64,000 nucleotides of DNA. Origin: a candidate division CPR2 bacterium GW2011_GWC2_39_35 (GTDB lineage: Bacteria > Patescibacteriota > CPR2). The stretch's first letter is position 1. Each line of letters opens with the position of its first letter. The stretch is taken from NCBI GenBank assembly GCA_000995065.1, contig LBWX01000001.1, forward strand, positions 223,563 to 287,562, given 5' to 3'. Shown piece by piece: positions 7,826 through 16,956 of the stretch. A program made the position numbers and the translations under genes. Below the pieces are notes generated by a model. That model worked only from the letters and a program-made list of their open reading frames with translations. It searched no databases and was not told the DNA's origin.

Positions 7826-9901
7826 ATGGCAAAGAACTTACTTATAGTAGAATCGCCTGCAAAGGCCAAGACAATTGAAAAATATTTAGGAAAAGATTAC
7901 CAAGTCAAAGCAAGTTTTGGGCATATTAGAGACCTGCCAAAATCAAAGCTAGGCATTGATATTCATGACAATTTTAAACCTGAGTATATTATTCCCAAAA
8001 AATCCCAAAAAACTGTTAATGAACTAAAAAAATCGGTGTCAGCAGCTAAAAAAGTATATTTAGCCACAGACTTGGACAGAGAAGGCGAGGCTATTTCTTG
8101 GCATATACTAAAAGCAACCGGGTTAGATCATAAATCAGATAAAGTAGATCGAATTACTTTTCACGAAATTACCAAAGATGCAATCCTAGACGCTTTGGCG
8201 CACCCAAGAAAAATAAATAAAGACTTAGTAGACGCCCAGCAAGCAAGGCGAGTCTTAGATAGACTCGTGGGCTACAAGTTAAGCCCGCTTTTGTGGTCTA
8301 AGATAAGAAGAGGCTTGTCGGCCGGTAGAGTTCAGTCAATCGCCTTAAAACTTATTATTGATAGGGAAAGAGAAATTGATAAATTTGTCCCAAAGGAATA
8401 TTGGTCAATCGATGCCATCCTAGAAAAGAAAAAGAAAGAGTTTAAAGCCAGTCTTATATCCAAAAATGAGAAGAAATTAGAGATACATAACGAGAGTGAA
8501 GCAAAAGGCATCTTAAAAGATTTAGAGAATGCGGATTATATAGTTCGAGATGTAATCAAAAAAGAAGTCAAAAGAAATCCTGTAGCACCTTTTATAACCA
8601 GCACCTTGCAGCAAGATGCCGGCCGAAAATTAGGTTTTTCGGCAAAAAAAACCATGATGCTTGCCCAGCAGCTTTATGAAGGAATCGATTTGGGTCCGGA
8701 AAGTCATGTCGGCCTTATTACTTATATGAGGACAGACAGCACCAGTCTATCTGACGCAGCAATTGCAAACATCAGAAAATTAATCGAGTCCAAATACGGA
8801 AAAGAATATGTGCCTTCAAAACCAAGAGTTTTTAAAAAAGCAAAAGCGGCTCAAGAAGCACATGAAGCCATCAGGCCAACTCATATAGAAAAGGAACCGG
8901 ATAAAGTAAAACAATACTTATCAAAAGATCAATATCGCCTCTATGCTCTTATTTGGAAAAGAGCACTAGCCTCACAAATGGAGAGCGCCGTCTTAGATCA
9001 AACTTCTATCGATATAAAAGCCAGTGACTATATCTTTAGAACCACTGGGTCTATCATAAAATTTCCGGGTTTTACCAAAGTTTACGAGGAAAGTAAAGCC
9101 AGGGAAGAGCAAGAAGAAAAGAATGTTCTCCCAGAACTAGACAAAGGAGAAAAATTAAAGCTAGTTTCTCTTACCCCAAATCAGCATTTTACTTTAGCCC
9201 CGCCAAGATATTCCGAAGCAAGTTTAATTAAAGTCCTAGAAGAAGAGGGAATCGGCCGGCCATCAACTTACGCTCCGACTTTAAGCACCTTGAAGGATAG
9301 AGGCTATATTGATGTTATAGACAGAAAACTTCATCCCAAAGAGATTGGTTTTATCGTAAACGATCTTTTAGTAGAAAACTTTTCTAATATCATAAACCTT
9401 TCCTTTACGGCCCAAATGGAAAAAGAGTTTGACGAAATTGCTGAAGGCGACGTCGCCTGGCAGGAAGTGATCAAGCATTTTTGGGATCCTTTTTCTAAGC
9501 AGCTAGAAGAAAAACAAGACACAATTAAAAAAGTAGAAATGCCGGTCCAGATGACCGATGAGATCTGTCCTGATAGCGGCCACCCAATGATAATAAAGCA
9601 GGGAAGATACGGCGAATTCATGGCGTGTTCGGGTTGGCCGGAATGTAAATTTACCAAGCCCTTAGTTAAAGACTTGGGTGTTAAATGTCCGGATTGCCAA
9701 GAAGGGGACATTATCGAGAGAAGAACTAAAAAGGGCCGGATTTTTTACGGCTGTTCTACATTTCCGAAATGTAAATTTGCTTCTTGGGATAAGCCAGCGA
9801 CTAAACCATGTCCGGACTGCGAGGGTTTAATGGTTGAAAAAGGAAAAACATTGCGCTGCATAAAATGCGGTCACGAAGAACAAAAAGAAGATAATAAATA
9901 G
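7826..9901 (+). CDS. topA: DNA topoisomerase I
   Basis: VESPAKAKTI, ATDLDREGEAI, SAGRVQS and ITYMRTDS motifs with C4 zinc ribbons. Confidence 0.98.
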   Translation: MAKNLLIVESPAKAKTIEKYLGKDYQVKASFGHIRDLPKSKLGIDIHDNFKPEYIIPKKSQKTVNELKKSVSAAKKVYLATDLDREGEAISWHILKATGLDHKSDKVDRITFHEITKDAILDALAHPRKINKDLVDAQQARRVLDRLVGYKLSPLLWSKIRRGLSAGRVQSIALKLIIDREREIDKFVPKEYWSIDAILEKKKKEFKASLISKNEKKLEIHNESEAKGILKDLENADYIVRDVIKKEVKRNPVAPFITSTLQQDAGRKLGFSAKKTMMLAQQLYEGIDLGPESHVGLITYMRTDSTSLSDAAIANIRKLIESKYGKEYVPSKPRVFKKAKAAQEAHEAIRPTHIEKEPDKVKQYLSKDQYRLYALIWKRALASQMESAVLDQTSIDIKASDYIFRTTGSIIKFPGFTKVYEESKAREEQEEKNVLPELDKGEKLKLVSLTPNQHFTLAPPRYSEASLIKVLEEEGIGRPSTYAPTLSTLKDRGYIDVIDRKLHPKEIGFIVNDLLVENFSNIINLSFTAQMEKEFDEIAEGDVAWQEVIKHFWDPFSKQLEEKQDTIKKVEMPVQMTDEICPDSGHPMIIKQGRYGEFMACSGWPECKFTKPLVKDLGVKCPDCQEGDIIERRTKKGRIFYGCSTFPKCKFASWDKPATKPCPDCEGLMVEKGKTLRCIKCGHEEQKEDNK

Positions 9902-9912
9902 CTTCACATCAA

Positions 9913-9948
9913 AAAAATCGCCACGCAAAACTTGATGGCGGTTTTTTA
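9913..9948 (+). terminator. Intrinsic terminator after topA
   Basis: AAAAATCGCCA…TGGCGGTTTTTTATT. Confidence 0.7.
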
Positions 9949-9979
9949 TTTAGCCAAAAAAATCTGCCAAAAGATCTAA

Positions 9980-10114
9980 AACACCTACACTTTTTATAAA
10001 TATAAAAGAAGCTCCAGTTGTCATTCCCGCGGAGGCGGGAATCCAGGAAGCACGTTGCACTTCCAAGCCTTCTGGATCCCCGTCTTCACGGGGATGACGG
10101 AAAGTGGGGGTGTT
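9980..10114. repeat. MITE/REP-like palindromic element, copy 2
   Basis: Arms AACACCTACACTTT / AAAGTGGGGGTGTT around GTTGTCATTCCCGCGGAGGCGGGAATCCAG…CCAAGCCTTCTGGATCC…TTCACGGGGATGAC. Same family as 4358-4506, opposite orientation. Confidence 0.85.
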
Positions 10115-10128
10115 CCAAGCCAAAGATG

Positions 10129-10157
10129 TTGACAAAGTCAAATCTTAATGCTATAAT
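10129..10157 (+). promoter_or_regulatory. Consensus sigma70 promoter
   Basis: TTGACA-17 nt-TATAAT with TGn extension. Confidence 0.85.
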
Positions 10158-10198
10158 TTACTTGTTTATTTTTAAGCCGCTTTGCAAGCGAGGTGAAA

Positions 10199-11212
10199 AT
10201 GTCTGCTACTACCAACAAAGAAGAATTAGATTTGAATAAATTAGCCAGAGAAACTTTAGAGCTTTTAAAGAAAGAGAGAAGCCGAGAAGTTCTCTCGCTT
10301 CGTTTTGGCTTAGAAGTGCCAAAAACAACCCTCGAAAAAATTGGCCAAAGGTATGGCATTACCAGAGAGAGAGTAAGACAAATCGAAAAGGCGGCTCTAA
10401 CCAGGTTGAAAAATAATAATCTGGACAATTCAAATTCTCATAAAGAACTTTTTGATACTATTAAAGACCGTGGCGTAATTTTGCATACCGAAATAGAAAA
10501 AGACTTCGGCGCGCATCAACTAAATGCAATTCGGTTGCTTTTAAATTTATCTAACGAAATCTTAGAGGTCATTGAGGACGACAAAAAACACTCAACATTT
10601 ATACATGCCCAATACTCTCTAAAAGAAATCGAGAGTCTAATTAAACACACTTTAGATATCTTAAAAGAAACCGAAGAAGCAATCCATATAAATAAATTAC
10701 ATCAGAAACTAAAAGACAAATCTCAAATTGATTTATCGGATAATTTAGTCGAGAAGTCATTAAAAATTAGCAAGGATATTATTATTGATGATAGCTATGT
10801 TGGTCTTTCCGTATGGCCGACTATTAATCCTAAGAGCATAAAAGATAAGACATACTACGTTTTAAAAAAGGAAGGTAAGCCTCTTCACTTTTCAGAAATT
10901 GCAAACCGAGTAAGAAGCCTTTCCCAAAAACCTATCACCAAACAGGCAGTACATAACGAACTCATCAGAGATAATCGATTTGTGCTTATTGGTAGGGGAA
11001 TTTACGCACTTTCAGAATGGGGATACAATTCCGGAACAGTTGGAGATATTATTTATGACATCCTTAAAAAAGAGGAAGTTCTCCATAAAAATGATATTAT
11101 AGAAAGAGTACTGGAAAGAAGAATTGTAAAAGAAACTACAATTATCTTAAACCTTCAAAACAAAAACAAATTCAAAAGAGTAGGCAAGGCTACCTACTCC
11201 GTAAAGGAGTAA
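10199..11212 (+). CDS. Sigma70 region-4-like HTH plus winged-helix repeat protein
   Basis: N-terminal RFGL…TLEKIGQRYGITRERVRQIE. C-terminal GKPLHFSEI…VHNELIRDNRFVLIGRGIYALSEWG. No sigma region 2 is recognisable. Confidence 0.8.
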   Translation: MSATTNKEELDLNKLARETLELLKKERSREVLSLRFGLEVPKTTLEKIGQRYGITRERVRQIEKAALTRLKNNNLDNSNSHKELFDTIKDRGVILHTEIEKDFGAHQLNAIRLLLNLSNEILEVIEDDKKHSTFIHAQYSLKEIESLIKHTLDILKETEEAIHINKLHQKLKDKSQIDLSDNLVEKSLKISKDIIIDDSYVGLSVWPTINPKSIKDKTYYVLKKEGKPLHFSEIANRVRSLSQKPITKQAVHNELIRDNRFVLIGRGIYALSEWGYNSGTVGDIIYDILKKEEVLHKNDIIERVLERRIVKETTIILNLQNKNKFKRVGKATYSVKE

Positions 11213-11215
11213 CAA

Positions 11216-14200
11216 ATGTCTTTAGAATTAATAGTATCAATCTTTCAGGGAATTTTTAGCGTTCTTGTTTTTGTATTTACTTATACCTGGTGGATAATCG
11301 CCGCCATTTTGGCCTGGGAAACTTACCAGAATTACCGGAAAAAGGGTTGGGTAGAAAACCTTGAACATATGCTGTTAAAAGTGGAAATACCTAAAAATAA
11401 CGATAAAGGCCCCGTAGCGGCCGAAATGATGTTTGCTTCACTTCATGGGATTTTAAAAGACAAAACCGAGCAGCAAAAAGAGGGAAGCATTCAAGAGCAC
11501 ATTTCGTTTGAGATTGTTGCCACCTTAAATTCAATCCAATTTTATATTTGGGTACCGGTACATCTAAGAGATTATTTAGAAGGCCAGCTTTATGCCCAGT
11601 ATCCCTCGGCAGAAATAACAGTCGTAGATGATTATTCAACGGATATCGATATTGATGACGACGGTATTGACGACTGCGTCGCTTCTACCGAACTCGTTCT
11701 AGAAAAAGAAGACCTGCTTCCTATAAAAACTTTTCAGAGCTTTGAAGTCGATCCACTAGCCGGCATCACCAGTGTTTTAAGTAAGCTTGACGATCCTAAA
11801 GAGCAGGTTTGGATTCAAATTCTTGCTAAGCCTCATGATAATTCTTGGCAAACGAGAGCCCAAGAATATACCGACAGCACAAGAACCGGAGGTTCGGGCG
11901 GACTTAGCATTGCTTCAATTATGGGATCCATTAAAAGAGCGCCGATTTCACTTCCAAAAACTTTAATTTCAATGGCCTTAAGAGCTCCTGAACCAGCTGC
12001 CCCGACTACTGCCCCAAAACTTTCGAAGCATGAAGAAGCCGAACTAACAGCCATAGACACTAAGGCTAATAAGCTTGGCTACGACGTCAAAATTAGAATA
12101 ATGTACCTCGCCAAAACGAAAGAAAAAGCGAAGTATCGCCTTCAAGCCGTGGTTGGCAGTTTTAAGCAGTTTAATACCACCCTAAATGGTTTCACTTCCA
12201 CCGGATTAAATGAAGGCAGGGGTCCTTTAGACGAATACCGGGCCCGCTATTTTGACGCTGGTTATCTTCTAAACATCGAGGAGCTAGCCAGCATTTATCA
12301 TCTTCCCCATATCTCCGTAGAGACTCCAAATATCAATTGGGTTTCTTCTAAAAAAGCTGAGCCACCGGCAACCTTACCCGTAGAAGGATCAGCTCCACCG
12401 GACGAACTAACTCTCTTTGCTCAGACAAACTTTAGAGGAGTTAGACAAAAATTTGGCATTAAGATGGATGATCGCCGAAGACATACCTATGTAATAGGTA
12501 AGTCCGGCGTCGGTAAATCGTGGCTTCTTGCCTTACTATCTATTTCGGATATTTACGCCGGTAAAGGCGTCTGTATTATTGATCCTCATGGTGATCTAGC
12601 CGAAAAGGTTATAACCTACGTTCCGGAACATCGCATCAAGGATGTTGTTTACTTTAATCCTTCCGACACCAATTTTCCAATTGGTTTTAATACTATGGAA
12701 TGCCCAAATCCGGACTTTAAAGAAACCATCGCCTCCGGATTCGTATCTATTTTTAAAAAGCAATTCGGGTATAGCTGGGGTCCAAGACTTGAATACGTTC
12801 TAAGATACACGATCTTGGCCCTTTTAGATACTCCGGAGACCACCATGCTTGGTGTTATAAGAATGCTTACCGAAAAAAACTTTAGACAAAAAGTCATTAA
12901 GAACATTAAAGACCCGGTCGTAAAAAACTTTTGGGAAAAAGAATATGCCACTTATAATGACAGGTTTGCCACAGAAGCAGTTGCTCCGATATTAAACAAG
13001 GTTGGTCAGTTTATTGCTTCTCCTCTTATAAGAAACATAGTAGGTCAACCAATAAGCACTTTTGATATCAGAGAAATTATGGATGAGGAAAAAATATTAA
13101 TCATTAATCTTTCTTCCGGAAGAATAGGGGAGGACAACTCAGCCTTGCTCGGTGCTATGATGATAACTAAGATTCAGCTCGCCGCCATGTCGAGAGCAGA
13201 TGTTTCAGAAGAAAAACGAAAAGATTTTTATCTATATGTCGACGAGTTCCAGAACTTCGCCACAGACTCCTTTGCTAAGATATTATCAGAAGCTAGAAAA
13301 TATCGCTTAAACTTAATTGTCGCCAACCAATACATTGCTCAGATGGATGAAACAGTTAGAGACGCTGTTTTTGGAAACGTTGGAACTCTAGTATCTTATA
13401 GAGTTGGTGCTAAAGACGCCACATTCTTAGAAAACGAGTTTAGCGGCATATTTGAGTCACATGACCTAATCAATCTAGATAATCAGCATATCTATCTAAA
13501 AATGCTTATTGATGGCGTTACCAGACAGCCATTTTCGGGCAAAATATTAAACCTGCCGGAAGCCAAACTCGACCTAACAACCCAAATTTTGCAAAACTCA
13601 AGAGAACAGTATACCAAGCCCAAAACCGAGGTCGAAGAAATGATTGCCAAACTAAGCACCCAAGGAGGGCAACCGCAAAACGAAGACGGCGAGGATATTA
13701 GAGAAGAGAGAAAAGATAATAGATACGACAACAGGCCAAACTACAACAACTCGAATAACCCTAAAAGGGATTTTACGCCGCCTGCTGTAAGCGCCGAGAA
13801 CAGAATAAAGAATGCTCCTTTAAATAGACAAACGCCAAGGGATAGAGTGGAACCAGGGCATAGCGACAAATACATTGCAAGAAGTAACCAAGAAAAACCA
13901 CCCATGAAACAACCCGTGAAACATTCGTCAAATTCTTATGTCAAAACAGATCATGCCAATAATATTCATCATGATAAAAGACCAATGGGCCAAAAAAATC
14001 CTAGTGATCGCTCCTCCAATGATCAAAGAAATCAAAAGAAATTAGATGAAGAAAATATCCGTAAAGCAATTAGGGAGGCTTTAAGTAAGAAAGAGCAGAC
14101 GTCAAACCATGAAAACCGCCAGACCGAGGTAAAGGTAAAACCTGCTCATGAGCATAAACAAACCACCGAAGACAAACCAAAACATGAATCACAAAACAAT

Positions 14201-14341
14201 AACAATAAGGTAATTACGCATGAAAACTTTAAGGATATTAATGTGATCCATCCTCATGAAAAAATAATCGTTGCCGGTAACAACGTCAAAAATCCTAAAG
14301 AGTTAAATCCCGGAGAAACAATAGTATTTAATGATAAATAA
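11216..14341 (+). CDS. VirD4/TraG/HerA-like membrane-anchored ATPase with long low-complexity C-tail
   Basis: N-terminal TM. Walker A HTYVIGKSGVGKS, IDPHGDL, Walker B LYVDEFQNF, LSEARKY, ANQYIAQ. Confidence 0.88.
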   Translation: MSLELIVSIFQGIFSVLVFVFTYTWWIIAAILAWETYQNYRKKGWVENLEHMLLKVEIPKNNDKGPVAAEMMFASLHGILKDKTEQQKEGSIQEHISFEIVATLNSIQFYIWVPVHLRDYLEGQLYAQYPSAEITVVDDYSTDIDIDDDGIDDCVASTELVLEKEDLLPIKTFQSFEVDPLAGITSVLSKLDDPKEQVWIQILAKPHDNSWQTRAQEYTDSTRTGGSGGLSIASIMGSIKRAPISLPKTLISMALRAPEPAAPTTAPKLSKHEEAELTAIDTKANKLGYDVKIRIMYLAKTKEKAKYRLQAVVGSFKQFNTTLNGFTSTGLNEGRGPLDEYRARYFDAGYLLNIEELASIYHLPHISVETPNINWVSSKKAEPPATLPVEGSAPPDELTLFAQTNFRGVRQKFGIKMDDRRRHTYVIGKSGVGKSWLLALLSISDIYAGKGVCIIDPHGDLAEKVITYVPEHRIKDVVYFNPSDTNFPIGFNTMECPNPDFKETIASGFVSIFKKQFGYSWGPRLEYVLRYTILALLDTPETTMLGVIRMLTEKNFRQKVIKNIKDPVVKNFWEKEYATYNDRFATEAVAPILNKVGQFIASPLIRNIVGQPISTFDIREIMDEEKILIINLSSGRIGEDNSALLGAMMITKIQLAAMSRADVSEEKRKDFYLYVDEFQNFATDSFAKILSEARKYRLNLIVANQYIAQMDETVRDAVFGNVGTLVSYRVGAKDATFLENEFSGIFESHDLINLDNQHIYLKMLIDGVTRQPFSGKILNLPEAKLDLTTQILQNSREQYTKPKTEVEEMIAKLSTQGGQPQNEDGEDIREERKDNRYDNRPNYNNSNNPKRDFTPPAVSAENRIKNAPLNRQTPRDRVEPGHSDKYIARSNQEKPPMKQPVKHSSNSYVKTDHANNIHHDKRPMGQKNPSDRSSNDQRNQKKLDEENIRKAIREALSKKEQTSNHENRQTEVKVKPAHEHKQTTEDKPKHESQNNNNKVITHENFKDINVIHPHEKIIVAGNNVKNPKELNPGETIVFNDK

Positions 14342-14410
14342 ATAATTAAAATAGGTCGGGGGAGTGACAGAGAACTAAAGGAATGTACGACCAGAAGTAA
14401 TCCATGGCTT

Positions 14411-14438
14411 ATGTCGCACAATGTATCTTATGCGACAC
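14411..14438. other. Candidate dif (Xer recombination) site
   Basis: ATGTCGCACAA-TGTATC-TTATGCGACAC: 11-6-11 layout resembling E. coli dif (GGTGCGCATAA-TGTATA-TTATGTTAAAT), lying between converging gene blocks. Confidence 0.65.
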
Positions 14439-14804
14439 TGAGTAATTATCGAATTAGACGATAAGTAAGTCATCTATTTAAATACTAGAAATGGCCCTAT
14501 AAGCGTAAAATAGCCATTTTTACATCTTTTTAACTAGTATATTATTTGCAATCATGCCCTACATTAAACATGTCTCTGTTTTATTTTTAAAAATCCTTGA
14601 GTTGCTTAAAAATTTTCTTACTAATTTATCAAAATATTTTTAAGTCTTTACTTGCTTCTCTAGCCTACTAAAAATTATTTTTCACAAAAGAATTAATTAA
14701 CAGTAACAAGGGCTTTAATTATTAATAATTAAATATTTAAATTTAAATAGCACTCCACCCTTTTTTGTGAAACAGACACTGTTTCACAGGTTTAAAACCC
14801 AAAT

Positions 14805-15611
14805 TTATTTATAGAAGATTCTATTTTCTACTCTAAGGTCAATGTATTCGATGGTTCGATTTTCTTTTTTAACTTCTTTTAAAACCCGTCCCAAGCTTTC
14901 GATCTGACTTAAAGGATCTCTAGTAGTATCAAAAAATACCTGAAAATTGCCATCGGTTTTTATTTTAAGTTCTCTCTTAAATTCATTGGTAATATTTATT
15001 TCGACTATCTTGTATCCAGTTTGGGGGAAACTGGAATTTACTTTTTCGATAAATAGCATTAAATCCGGGGTACCTACCCTATCCCCCGGACGGAGCAGCA
15101 AATTGTTGCTATCAATTACATTTATGGCATTTTCTTTAGTCTTACCCATCTCCACTACTACACCTTCGCGATCAACAACATATTTTTCACCCATAGCTTG
15201 CCAATTAAATGCTATGTCTCTTAAGGAGGCTTTTATAGATATGTCTTTTTCTTTTGCCTCTTTTGTTACCGTAACTTCTTTTAATTCCGGCATATTACTT
15301 TTTAAATGTTTCTCGAGGCTGCTTTTCGAGATAAAATAATAGTTTTTTTTAAAAAAGCCTTTACTAAAATCAGATACTTGGCTCTTTAGCTGGATGGATT
15401 GCTCGTCGCTTAGGCCGGTTATCTTCACTTCTTTTACTTGAAAGGCGCTTGAAACGAAAAACCAATAAAACAAGGTGAGGCTGCCGATTACAAAAATTCT
15501 AAAAAGATAGGCCTTAAAAGGAATTTTCTTTTTATTTGAAAAACTTCTCTTGGTCGGCTTATGAAGTAACTGCCTTCGCCCAACTTGTCTTCTTTTTCTA
15601 TTTCTTCTCAT
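14805..15611 (-). CDS. ftsQ: Cell division protein FtsQ/DivIB
   Basis: Basic N-tail, one TM, POTRA-like region and C-terminal EYIDLR; last gene of the dcw cluster. Confidence 0.85.
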   Translation of the reverse strand: MRRNRKRRQVGRRQLLHKPTKRSFSNKKKIPFKAYLFRIFVIGSLTLFYWFFVSSAFQVKEVKITGLSDEQSIQLKSQVSDFSKGFFKKNYYFISKSSLEKHLKSNMPELKEVTVTKEAKEKDISIKASLRDIAFNWQAMGEKYVVDREGVVVEMGKTKENAINVIDSNNLLLRPGDRVGTPDLMLFIEKVNSSFPQTGYKIVEINITNEFKRELKIKTDGNFQVFFDTTRDPLSQIESLGRVLKEVKKENRTIEYIDLRVENRIFYK

Positions 15612-16956
15612 TTATAGACTCTTTAATTCCCTTAGCTATCTTCCAAACGTCGCCGGCTCCCATTGTTACAATGACGTCATTTCTATTATTTAAGATGGCA
15701 TCGTCAATAATCTTATCAAAATCCTCTATGTGTTCAGCATTTCCACCCTCATTGTTAATTGCGTCTACCAGCATAGAAGCACTTACTTTATTTTTATCTT
15801 TCTCACTATCGCGCGACTCATATATGTTTGGAATAATGACTCTATCGACTGCCCTTAGAGCCTTAGAAAATTCTTTAATTAGAAGGGCGGTCCTAGAAAA
15901 CTGATGAGGCTGAAAAATACAGCAAATTTTTTTATTTGGATACATTTCCCTTAAAGCGCTGATCGTCGCTTCGATTTCTGTTGGATGATGACCATAATCA
16001 TCGTAAACAACGGGGTTGTCACTAATTTTATCAAGCCTTCTCTTAGCACCTTTAAAGTCCTTGAAGGCACTTTTTACAGATTCCACATTTATATTCAAAA
16101 ATTTAGATGCTGCAAAAACGGTAGCCGCATTAAAAGCATTATGCTTCCCGGATACTCCCAATTGAATGTCAGAGCTTTCCGCATCATGATTAATATTAAA
16201 TTTCACCCCCTTGTTATCTGATTTTACATTACCTAACTTGTAGTCGTTACTTATTCCAAAACCCACAAAAAAAACCTGACACTTGGCCCGCTCTGCGATA
16301 TGACGGCAAACTTCGGAGTCACCATTTATTACTAAAAAGCCATCTTTTTGAATCTGACCCACAAAGCTAGAAAAGGCCTCAATGATGTCGCCTAAATCCT
16401 TAAAATAATCCAGATGATCGGCTTCAACATTAGTGATGATGGCGCCAAAGGGTTTGATATCCAAGAAAGATCGGTTATATTCACAAGCTTCTGCCACAAA
16501 ATAATCTCCCTCACCCGATAAGTAACTCGTATTTAGACTTTGAATCTCTCCTCCAACCACAGCAATCGGATCTAAATCAGCCCTCTTTAAAACTAAAGCT
16601 ATTAAAGAAGAAGTTGTGGTTTTACCGTGGGTACCAGAAATTGCAATTCCCTTTTTAAGAGCCATTAGGTTTCCCAGAAGTTCTGACCTTTGAATAACTT
16701 TTTTATTCAACTTCTTGGCTTTTTCAAGTTCCGGATTACTAGCAGGAATTGCCGGCGTTACCACGACAACATCGACATCTTGAGGAAGATTCTCTTTGCT
16801 GTGCCCAATAAAAACCGTCGCTCCTTTATCTTTTAATTTTCTGACATTTCCCGACTCCTCCATATCAGAACCCGTAACCCTTTCGCCTCTATCTAGCATA
16901 ATATTAGCAAGAGGAGACATCCCGGAACCGCCAATTCCTATAAAATGATAGTTCAT
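15598..16956 (-). CDS. murC: UDP-N-acetylmuramate--L-alanine ligase
   Basis: HFIGIGGSGMS, GTHGKTTT and DDYGHHPTEI motifs. Confidence 0.97.
   Translation of the reverse strand: MNYHFIGIGGSGMSPLANIMLDRGERVTGSDMEESGNVRKLKDKGATVFIGHSKENLPQDVDVVVVTPAIPASNPELEKAKKLNKKVIQRSELLGNLMALKKGIAISGTHGKTTTSSLIALVLKRADLDPIAVVGGEIQSLNTSYLSGEGDYFVAEACEYNRSFLDIKPFGAIITNVEADHLDYFKDLGDIIEAFSSFVGQIQKDGFLVINGDSEVCRHIAERAKCQVFFVGFGISNDYKLGNVKSDNKGVKFNINHDAESSDIQLGVSGKHNAFNAATVFAASKFLNINVESVKSAFKDFKGAKRRLDKISDNPVVYDDYGHHPTEIEATISALREMYPNKKICCIFQPHQFSRTALLIKEFSKALRAVDRVIIPNIYESRDSEKDKNKVSASMLVDAINNEGGNAEHIEDFDKIIDDAILNNRNDVIVTMGAGDVWKIAKGIKESINEKK

Noticed and set aside
9950-10239. ORFs 9950-10141 and 10018-10239
   Set aside because: Translations of the palindromic repeat.
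14500-14750. AT-rich stretch as a possible oriC
   Set aside because: No convincing DnaA boxes, and the flanking genes converge on it.
14766-14788. parS-like half sites GTGAAACA / TGTTTCAC
   Set aside because: The halves are in reversed order and separated by 6 nt, so this is a hairpin after ftsQ and not a TGTTTCACGTGAAACA parS.
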